Program-made: the position numbers and the translations under genes | Part shown: positions 1-5,338 of the stretch, piece by piece | Numbering within the stretch: position 1 is the stretch's first letter | Layout: the number at the start of each line of letters is the position of its first letter | The notes under the pieces: model-generated | The model's database searches: none | What the model was told of the DNA's origin: nothing | Seen by the model: the letters and a program-made list of their open reading frames with translations, nothing else | IMG/VR virus record: IMGVR_UViG_3300032312_001032 | Span: 1 to 29,545 of that record | Source: a virus | Lineage: Duplodnaviria; Caudoviricetes | Direction: 5' to 3' (one strand) | Length of the DNA stretch: 29,545 nucleotides

Positions 1-15
1 AATACTTACTCTACT

Positions 16-507
16 ATGTGTGAGACTGAGTTTGAATTTAAGAGATTAATGTTTAATGGTCGGATTGCATTGAGGATGTGGACTGATATGGATAGTATTA
101 AAGAAGCATTTGCAACTCCTTTTGCTAAGAAAGAAGAATTAGATGCTTTAGCTAGCGAATATGAAATCCTTACTAAAGAGATTAGAGAGAAAGAATATCA
201 AGTAAAGAAGATTAAAAGAGAGGAATTTACTGAGATGCTTCATGGAGAAGGAATTGAGTGGAACCCAGGAAAGTATTTTGAATTTAATCGCCAATGGTCT
301 TCTTATCAAGTAAAGAAAGTGAAAATTGTTAAGACTACTAAATCCGGTAAGACTGCTGATTTGGAAGTTACTTATGGAACTTGGGATTATGTTTATGATG
401 ATGAGGGTAATGGTAAGAGAATAGAGAAAGAAGATAGAGTAGTAACTCACGAGAAGATTAAAATGGATTACGTGTTGGGTAATTTTAGAGACCAACTTTA
501 CAACTAA
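16..507 (+). CDS. hypothetical early phage protein, possibly 5'-truncated
   Basis: 163-aa ORF; the frame is open back to base 1, so the true start may lie outside the window; followed by a repeat and a terminator. Confidence 0.8.
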   Translation: MCETEFEFKRLMFNGRIALRMWTDMDSIKEAFATPFAKKEELDALASEYEILTKEIREKEYQVKKIKREEFTEMLHGEGIEWNPGKYFEFNRQWSSYQVKKVKIVKTTKSGKTADLEVTYGTWDYVYDDEGNGKRIEKEDRVVTHEKIKMDYVLGNFRDQLYN

Positions 508-531
508 GACCTTTTTTCTTTTTTCATATAG
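504..531 (+). repeat. 28-nt direct repeat, copy 1 (CTAAGACCTTTTTTCTTTTTTCATATAG)
   Basis: identical to 1629-1656; both copies overlap a stop codon and precede a terminator hairpin. Confidence 0.95.
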
Positions 532-536
532 TGATT

Positions 537-560
537 GGGAGCTTCGGCTCCCTTTCCTGT
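537..560 (+). terminator. intrinsic terminator
   Basis: GGGAGC-TTCG-GCTCCC followed by TTTCCTGT. Confidence 0.8.
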
Positions 561-592
561 TGAAGAGATAGTTTAAAAAAACTTACAAAGAG

Positions 593-623
593 TTGGATAA
601 TTACATTATTTTTCGTATATTAA
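593..623 (+). promoter_or_regulatory. Bacteroidota-type early promoter (TTG-N20-TATATTAA)
   Basis: TTG 593-595 and TA at 616, spacer 20; resembles the -33/-7 TTG...TAnnTTTG consensus. Confidence 0.75.
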
Positions 624-626
624 GGT

Positions 627-899
627 ATGGAAGAAACAATAAAGGTTATGACAAGAGACAGAATGATTATAGCACTCCGAGAGAAAGGAGTTGATGTTTG
701 TGGAACTACAAAAGACTTCGGTATTGGTGGAGATGGTATTTGGATTTCAGGTGAATCAACACCTAGCCTATTCAACTACTACTCTGAAGGATGGATGGAT
801 ACTTTTGGAGTCCAGCCTAAACTAAATGATTATGTAGAAGAGAATGGCTGGTACTTTGAATGGTATGATGCTGGAACAATGATGGTTTGGCCTAACTGA
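627..899 (+). CDS. hypothetical early protein (alternative start ATG 648)
   Basis: ORF behind a promoter; ATG 648 has the AAAGGTT leader shared with the starts at 985 and 2859. Confidence 0.85.
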   Translation: MEETIKVMTRDRMIIALREKGVDVCGTTKDFGIGGDGIWISGESTPSLFNYYSEGWMDTFGVQPKLNDYVEENGWYFEWYDAGTMMVWPN

Positions 900-920
900 G
901 AATTAGATTAAAAAAAGTTT

Positions 921-960
921 GGGGGAGGGTTGTTCCTTCCCCTTCTTGTTCGTATATTAA
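921..960 (+). promoter_or_regulatory. terminator-like hairpin fused with early promoter
   Basis: hairpin 921-942 with the TTG (930-932) in its loop; TATATTAA at 953, spacer 20. Confidence 0.75.
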
Positions 961-984
961 GGTATAATAAAAAGAAAAAAGGTT

Positions 985-1299
985 ATGACAAAGAACGAAT
1001 TAGAATCAGTAATTATGAATGCTTTGGATGAATTAGAAACAGCTATTCAAGATGCTAGAGCAGCTGCTATCAAGTACGGACAGGGTCAGGAGAATCTAGC
1101 TTTCGAAGTAGGCTTCTTAAGTTCAAGAATCAAAGCAGCTTTGTATCGATTAAATGAATCAGGCTTAATGTCTAACAATGCTCTCATCTCTGATGAAGGT
1201 CCTGAGTATGATTCAGCAGGGTTCAGTGAAGCTGATAGAATGCAGGAAGAAGAGCAGTATCATCATTGTGATGACTTAAGCTGCAATTGTTCAATCTAA
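985..1299 (+). CDS. hypothetical early protein with acidic C-terminus
   Basis: 104-aa ORF with AAAGGTT-ATG leader. Confidence 0.85.
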   Translation: MTKNELESVIMNALDELETAIQDARAAAIKYGQGQENLAFEVGFLSSRIKAALYRLNESGLMSNNALISDEGPEYDSAGFSEADRMQEEEQYHHCDDLSCNCSI

Positions 1300-1312
1300 A
1301 AAAATAATCAAT

Positions 1313-1350
1313 AGGAGGGTTGGTTCTTCCGACCCTTCTTCGTATATTAA
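1313..1350 (+). promoter_or_regulatory. hairpin fused with early promoter
   Basis: 11-bp hairpin 1313-1339; TTG 1320-1322 and TATATTAA at 1343, spacer 20. Confidence 0.75.
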
Positions 1351-1353
1351 GGT

Positions 1354-1527
1354 ATGAAGGTAAAAGAATTGATAGAAAGACTAACCCAATTGAACCCTGA
1401 AACAGAAGTAGAGTTTGTTGGATTATGTGAATATGGATTCGGAGAAACGATAGAGTTTATTTCAGAAGGATGTCATATCCAGGAAGAAGATAATCTAGTA
1501 CAGGTAATCATTCAAGGAGAAAATTAA
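1354..1527 (+). CDS. small acidic hypothetical protein, 57 aa (MKVKELIERL...), not in ORF track
   Basis: manual translation; ATG lies directly after the promoter. Confidence 0.8.
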   Translation: MKVKELIERLTQLNPETEVEFVGLCEYGFGETIEFISEGCHIQEEDNLVQVIIQGEN

Positions 1528-1530
1528 ACT

Positions 1531-1632
1531 ATGATAAAAAACATTATAAAAGAATCAATCATTGGAGGCTTATACCTCTTCGGAGCCTCTTCAATAGGTG
1601 CAGCAATCATTGTAGCCATCTATAACATCTAA
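1531..1632 (+). CDS. 33-aa hydrophobic, probably single-pass membrane peptide, not in ORF track
   Basis: MIKNIIKESIIGGLYLFGASSIGAAIIVAIYNI; starts 3 nt after the upstream stop and ends in the 28-nt repeat. Confidence 0.65.
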   Translation: MIKNIIKESIIGGLYLFGASSIGAAIIVAIYNI

Positions 1633-1656
1633 GACCTTTTTTCTTTTTTCATATAG
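1629..1656 (+). repeat. 28-nt direct repeat, copy 2
   Basis: identical to 504-531. Confidence 0.95.
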
Positions 1657-1658
1657 GA

Positions 1659-1686
1659 GGAGTCGGCTACGGTCGGCTCTTTCTGT
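1659..1686 (+). terminator. intrinsic terminator
   Basis: GGAGTCGGC-TACG-GTCGGCTCT (cUACGg tetraloop) followed by TTCTGT. Confidence 0.7.
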
Positions 1687-1903
1687 GTCTACGGTTTGCT
1701 CAAGACGGGCTACGGCCGACTAGACTACTGCTACGGTTCACTCACCTCACCTACTACGTACGTACTACCTACCTACATGTACGTCAATACAAACGTACTT
1801 AATATCACTATAGTAGTATCCTACGGTCTACCATCCTATACTTGCATGCATTTTTCCGAGCAAAATTACACCTATAAGGGTATATATTTATATATTATAT
1901 AAA
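1667..1903. repeat. phased CTACGG/CTAC repeats followed by an AT-rich tract
   Basis: CTACGG at 1667, 1689, 1710, 1731 and 1821; AT-only run at about 1881-1903. Confidence 0.6.
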
Positions 1904-1919
1904 GTAGTAGACTTCCCCA

Positions 1920-1927
1920 TATTTATA
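1920..1927 (+). promoter_or_regulatory. putative late promoter TATTTATA
   Basis: same octamer precedes genes at 5310, 5915, 8864, 10009, 12563, 15015, 17671, 24163 and 29018. Confidence 0.7.
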
Positions 1928-1934
1928 TAAGACT

Positions 1935-2771
1935 ATGAAAGATACTTTCGATTTTTCTTCTTACGTAAGATCCGGCCGTTTACATGAGGCAATCTTTAAT
2001 ATGCCTTTAAATCCTAGATTAGTATCGGCTTTAGAGCCTTTCTCTAATTCATATATGACTGTTGGTTCTTCCGATTGGGATCAGATGGTTGATATAGTCT
2101 CTAAAGTAACCGGTATGGAGGATAATGATCTTACCGATTTCTTGGGTGGTGATTATGGCGGGCCGGACTTATATGATTATGCAGAAGCACTTGATATCCG
2201 GATTGGGTATGAAGATGAATTTGCAGATGAGGAACCGCATCAAACCTCGGATACCTTCGCAGGCCCTAAAGGAATCGAAGAGATCGTAAAAGAAGTTCTT
2301 ACTAGAAGACTATCCGAGATTCAAATGGGATTTGAGTATAATCCTAAATCAGTTACAGGTGCCGGTAAGAAAAGAGGCCCTAAACCGATCGCCTTTCCTT
2401 ATTATGAGTTAAAGGAAAAATTTCCCGAACATTTCCGTCTTCAGACAAAGGATAAGGATTATACTATGTTAGTATCTAGGGATGTTATTGAGGCTATTGG
2501 ACAATTGAAAGATGCCGGTAGAAATGCTAGATCCAGACAGTTGACTAAGTTACAGGATGAATTAAGAAGTCTTGATACTCAAACCAGAAGAGTACTCATC
2601 AAAGGTACAGAAGGTCAGAAGACCTTCCCGGTAATGGGTAAGGAGATGTATATCTTGAATTGGCCGGTATTAGGTCCTAATAAGACCAAAGAGTTCTTAT
2701 GGTTAACTCCTACACAAATTGCCAACGAAGGTGCTGTCAATTTCCAAATTGACGAAAAGTATCTAGACTAA
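1935..2771 (+). CDS. hypothetical late protein, possible internal head protein
   Basis: 278 aa; acidic N-half and basic C-half; L-x-E sites (RLHE, RLSE); late motif upstream. Confidence 0.8.
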   Translation: MKDTFDFSSYVRSGRLHEAIFNMPLNPRLVSALEPFSNSYMTVGSSDWDQMVDIVSKVTGMEDNDLTDFLGGDYGGPDLYDYAEALDIRIGYEDEFADEEPHQTSDTFAGPKGIEEIVKEVLTRRLSEIQMGFEYNPKSVTGAGKKRGPKPIAFPYYELKEKFPEHFRLQTKDKDYTMLVSRDVIEAIGQLKDAGRNARSRQLTKLQDELRSLDTQTRRVLIKGTEGQKTFPVMGKEMYILNWPVLGPNKTKEFLWLTPTQIANEGAVNFQIDEKYLD

Positions 2772-2812
2772 GAGACCCCGGGGAATTTTTCCGGAAAATT
2801 TTTAGTATATAG

Positions 2813-2843
2813 TTGGATATATAAATATATCTTCGTATCTTTA
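2813..2843 (+). promoter_or_regulatory. early promoter (TTG-N20-TATCTTTA)
   Basis: TTG 2813-2815, TA 2836. Confidence 0.7.
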
Positions 2844-2858
2844 AGTACAATAAAGGTT

Positions 2859-3488
2859 ATGAGACGTAGACATATATCACTATTTGAATTGGCAGTACTT
2901 GAATCTCAAGGGTTCGTTACTATCTACTGTATGTTGAACCCAAGTACCGTACCTAACGTACCGGCAAAGATTCCTCAATACTATGATAACTTTCAGAAAT
3001 TACTTCAAAAGTATCCCCGGATTCCTTCTGAGAATATCTTGGATTTCATAGGGTGTGAGTATGCATCCGACATAGAGGTACGGTCTCAGGATGATAGTGG
3101 GGCTATCACTTGGATACTCTTGTATGCCAAAGATGAACTCAAGTTGGTAGACTTGGATTCTTCTTTAAGTAGAGGGAAGTATGTTTATGTGCTCACCAAT
3201 GATGCTTATCCTAACTTATGTAAGATAGGTAAGGCTATAAACCCTGAATCAAGAATCAACGGTATCAATTCGGCCGGTACCGTGTCCGAATGGGTCCTCC
3301 GATATGCTTTACCGGTCACTGATGATTACAAGGTTGAAAACCTTGTTCATAGACACTTTGCGGAGTTCCGCAGGGACTCTATTCAAGGTAGTTCGCGCGA
3401 GTTCTTTGAGGTTGACTTTGAGACTGCCGTCAAGGCAGTTGAATACTTCGGGAAGGATTTTTATGTCGGTGAACCAATTATTTATTAA
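2859..3488 (+). CDS. GIY-YIG superfamily T5orf172/MUG113-type domain protein
   Basis: YVYVL...KIGKA..PESR...VE...H..F...R....REFF in the C-terminal half. Confidence 0.8.
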   Translation: MRRRHISLFELAVLESQGFVTIYCMLNPSTVPNVPAKIPQYYDNFQKLLQKYPRIPSENILDFIGCEYASDIEVRSQDDSGAITWILLYAKDELKLVDLDSSLSRGKYVYVLTNDAYPNLCKIGKAINPESRINGINSAGTVSEWVLRYALPVTDDYKVENLVHRHFAEFRRDSIQGSSREFFEVDFETAVKAVEYFGKDFYVGEPIIY

Positions 3489-3491
3489 GAT

Positions 3492-3626
3492 ATGGAAAAG
3501 GAAAATAAGATAAACGGTCTGGAACGTCGTCACGTTGCTCAAATCGTCCGCAGGATGATGATTCAAAAGGTGAAGCCGTCGAAGAAAGTCTACGACAGAA
3601 AAAAATCTAAGAAAGACTTGCCTTAG
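3492..3626 (+). CDS. 44-aa basic protein, ArfA-like candidate, not in ORF track
   Basis: MEKENKINGLERRHVAQIVRRMMIQKVKPSKKVYDRKKSKKDLP; starts 3 nt after the upstream stop. Confidence 0.65.
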   Translation: MEKENKINGLERRHVAQIVRRMMIQKVKPSKKVYDRKKSKKDLP

Positions 3627-3650
3627 AACAACTAAGTTCATATATTTATA
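3618..3650 (+). promoter_or_regulatory. overlapping early (TTG-N20-TATATTTA) and late (TATTTATA) promoters of the tRNA cluster
   Basis: TTG 3618, TA 3641, TATTTATA 3643-3650. Confidence 0.7.
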
Positions 3651-3675
3651 TATATGCCTAGCAGGCGACCAAAAT

Positions 3676-3764
3676 GCTACTGTGGGGGAATAGGTAGACC
3701 CGCGGGACTTAAAATCCCGTTTGCCGTAAAGCAAGTGCCGGTTCGATCCCGGCTAGTAGTACCA
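3676..3764 (+). tRNA. trnL: tRNA-Leu(UAA) with encoded CCA
   Basis: cloverleaf, loop CTTAAAA, long variable arm, GTTCGAT, ends ACCA. Confidence 0.95.
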
Positions 3765-3790
3765 AAAAAATAAAAGAAAAACAAACTAAA

Positions 3791-3958
3791 ATGAAAAAAG
3801 CATTATTTATCGCCGCATTGGTTGCCTTGACTGCATGCTCAAGTGAAACCTCAACTTCTTCTTCAGATTCAACTTCTGTAGACACCTGCAACATTGATTC
3901 TTTGATTGATAGCGTAGATGCTCATGCAGACACTTTGACTGCTCTATTGAAGAAGTAA
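3791..3958 (+). CDS. 55-aa lipoprotein, not in ORF track
   Basis: MKKALFIAALVALTA|CSSETSTSSSDS...; signal peptide with LTAC lipobox. Confidence 0.85.
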   Translation: MKKALFIAALVALTACSSETSTSSSDSTSVDTCNIDSLIDSVDAHADTLTALLKK

Positions 3959-3965
3959 TCTTCAT

Positions 3966-4038
3966 GCCACCTTAGCTCAACTGGTAGAGCAACTGATTTG
4001 TACTCAGTAGGTTGTGGATTCGATTTCTACAGGTGGCT
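3966..4038 (+). tRNA. trnT: tRNA-Thr(UGU)
   Basis: GCCACCT/AGGTGGC acceptor, loop TTTGTAC. Confidence 0.93.
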
Positions 4039-4043
4039 CTAAA

Positions 4044-4055
4044 AAGTTCTTTGAC
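4044..4055 (+). promoter_or_regulatory. boxA-like antitermination element AAGTTCTTTGAC
   Basis: resembles rrn boxA (GYTCTTTRA); lies in a tRNA spacer upstream of an internal terminator. Confidence 0.55.
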
Positions 4056-4071
4056 GTACTGGAATAAAAAT

Positions 4072-4153
4072 GCCAAAGTGGTGAAATTGGTAGACACACT
4101 GGTCTTAGGAACCAGCGCTTTATCGCTTGCGAGTTCGAGTCTCGCCTTTGGTA
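4072..4153 (+). tRNA. trnL: tRNA-Leu(UAG)
   Basis: GCCAAAG/CTTTGGT acceptor, loop CTTAGGA, long variable arm. Confidence 0.93.
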
Positions 4154-4156
4154 CAA

Positions 4157-4252
4157 GGTGGTAATTAGACGAAAATGAAATTCCTGCTGTGATGTTAACT
4201 TAATCAGCATATTCAGAAGTAGAAATGAGTAATCGCAAATTACTCGCCACCA
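4157..4252 (+). ncRNA. candidate tRNA-mimic structured RNA, 96 nt
   Basis: GGTGGT/GCCACC+A closing stem stacked on GAGTAA-TCGCAAA-TTACTC; long internal stem 4180-4226. Confidence 0.55.
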
Positions 4253-4257
4253 TACAT

Positions 4258-4328
4258 GGCGGATTAGTGTAATGGTAACACATAAGGCTCATAACCTTAA
4301 ATTGGCAGTTCGAGTCTGTCGTCCGCAA
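4258..4328 (+). tRNA. trnM: tRNA-Met(CAU), initiator-like 1:72 mismatch
   Basis: loop CTCATAA; G1xA72 mismatch; only two G-C pairs at the base of the anticodon stem. Confidence 0.85.
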
Positions 4329-4336
4329 CTAAATGT

Positions 4337-4378
4337 ACCTATGAGCATACCATAAGAACTGCTTATAGGTCTTTTTTT
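4337..4378 (+). terminator. terminator-like hairpin inside the tRNA cluster
   Basis: ACCTATGAGCA/TGCTTATAGGT 11-bp stem followed by C and T7. Confidence 0.6.
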
Positions 4379-4465
4379 GGAAGATTGGCAGAGTGGCCGA
4401 TTGCGTTAGTCTTGAAAACTAAAGATGTTGAAAAGCATCCGTAGGTTCGAATCCTACATCTTCCG
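4379..4465 (+). tRNA. trnS: tRNA-Ser(UGA)
   Basis: GGAAGAT/ATCTTCC acceptor, loop CTTGAAA, long variable arm, G73. Confidence 0.95.
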
Positions 4466-4473
4466 CACCTTAA

Positions 4474-4571
4474 TACCAGTTCGGGTTCGTGAACAAAGGA
4501 GGCCTGTTCTTCTCGTGCAAGAAAGAAATCACGTTAAATCTCCTCACGCTAGGTGGAGTTGGTGACCTAGC
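4474..4571 (+). ncRNA. candidate multi-helix pseudoknotted RNA
   Basis: GC-rich spacer with six candidate helices, including the perfect GCTAGGT/ACCTAGC. Confidence 0.5.
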
Positions 4572-4576
4572 AACAT

Positions 4577-4647
4577 TACCCTCTCGTCTAACGGCAGGAC
4601 AACTGGTTTTGGTCCAGTTAATTGGAGTTCGAATCTCTGGGGGGTAA
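4577..4647 (+). tRNA. trnQ: tRNA-Gln(UUG)
   Basis: TACCCTC/GGGGGTA acceptor (U1-A72), loop TTTTGGT. Confidence 0.92.
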
Positions 4648-4666
4648 CGCCACTGAAGACAGTAAT

Positions 4667-4738
4667 GCTCGGTTCATCTATCGGTTAGGATGCCAGGTTT
4701 TCATCCTGGAAAGAGGGGTTCGATTTCCCTACCGAGTA
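4667..4738 (+). tRNA. trnE: tRNA-Glu(UUC)
   Basis: GCTCGGT/ACCGAGT acceptor, loop TTTTCAT. Confidence 0.92.
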
Positions 4739-4742
4739 CAAA

Positions 4743-5112
4743 TTAGAAGTTCTTGACTTTAAAAGAAAGGAACAAAATTATGAATGAAATTATTTTAGCT
4801 TATGGTTTGGGGATTTTAAGTATCGGTACTGGTGTTCTAGTACGGATGGTTCTCAAGGCAGAAAAAAAAGTTATCAGCTGTGAAGCAGCTATCACAAACC
4901 TAACTCAGCAGCATGAACGTAATTTGGAACAGGTTCATCGACGTATTGATGATCATGAACGGAATACAAATACTGAGATCGGCAATGTGTACCGTAACAT
5001 CGATTCTAGGATTGATAAACTAGAATTCAGAATGAAAGACCAGTTTAACTTCATTAAAAACAAAACTAGTCAGGCTTATTAAGTAAATGTTTAACCCGTC
5101 AGGAACTTCTAA
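4743..5112 (+). repeat. 15-bp long-range inverted repeat flanking an ORF
   Basis: TTAGAAGTTCTTGAC (4743-4757) pairs with GTCAGGAACTTCTAA (5098-5112) with one G-U. Confidence 0.85.
4780..5082 (+). CDS. membrane-anchored coiled-coil protein, 100 aa
   Basis: ATG 4780 preceded by AAAGGA; N-terminal hydrophobic helix then heptad-like pattern. Confidence 0.8.
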   Translation: MNEIILAYGLGILSIGTGVLVRMVLKAEKKVISCEAAITNLTQQHERNLEQVHRRIDDHERNTNTEIGNVYRNIDSRIDKLEFRMKDQFNFIKNKTSQAY

Positions 5113-5117
5113 CTTTT

Positions 5118-5191
5118 GGACCCTTAGCTCAGTTGGTTAGAGCAGCTCACTCATAATGAGAAGGTCACAGGTTCAAACCCTGTAGGGTCTA
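5118..5191 (+). tRNA. trnI: tRNA-Ile2(CAU), probably lysidine-modified
   Basis: GGACCCTTAGCTCAG...ACTCATAAT resembles ileX-type tRNAs; elongator Met is not excluded. Confidence 0.85.
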
Positions 5192-5216
5192 CCTTTTTTG
5201 ATCTTGTATTGAGTAT

Positions 5217-5288
5217 GGGTCTATAGTTAAAGGGATATAACAGAAGCCTTCTAAGCTTCTATTCCAGGTTCGAATCCTGGTAGACTCA
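5217..5288 (+). tRNA. trnR: tRNA-Arg(UCU)
   Basis: GAAGC/GCTTC stem with 7-nt loop CTTCTAA. Confidence 0.93.
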
Positions 5289-5338
5289 CTAGAAAATCGA
5301 AAGTACAACTATTTATAATAAATAAAATTACACTGTCG

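Noticed and set aside
504-1656. CRISPR array or insertion-element ends from the 28-nt repeat
   Set aside because: Only two copies 1.1 kb apart, with no spacer periodicity and no transposase or integrase
1696-1902. 68-aa ORF
   Set aside because: TTG start, Tyr/Thr bias produced by the CTAC repeats, and it lies just past a terminator
3304-4210. ORFs 3304+, 3309-, 3709- and 4004-
   Set aside because: They shadow real genes and tRNAs
4157-4252. tRNA-Sec or tmRNA
   Set aside because: No UCA anticodon arm, no TTC loop, no G3-U70 pair and no tag reading frame
4466-4571. Assignment to theta/HDV, twister, pistol or hammerhead ribozymes
   Set aside because: Only fragments resemble them and the required helix order was not found by eye; kept as an unclassified candidate
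5217-5288. Amber suppressor tRNA (CTA visible in TTCTAAG) and stop-codon recoding
   Set aside because: The stem fixes a 7-nt loop CT-TCT-AA, which is Arg(UCU); genes are full length in the standard code and TAG is used as a stop
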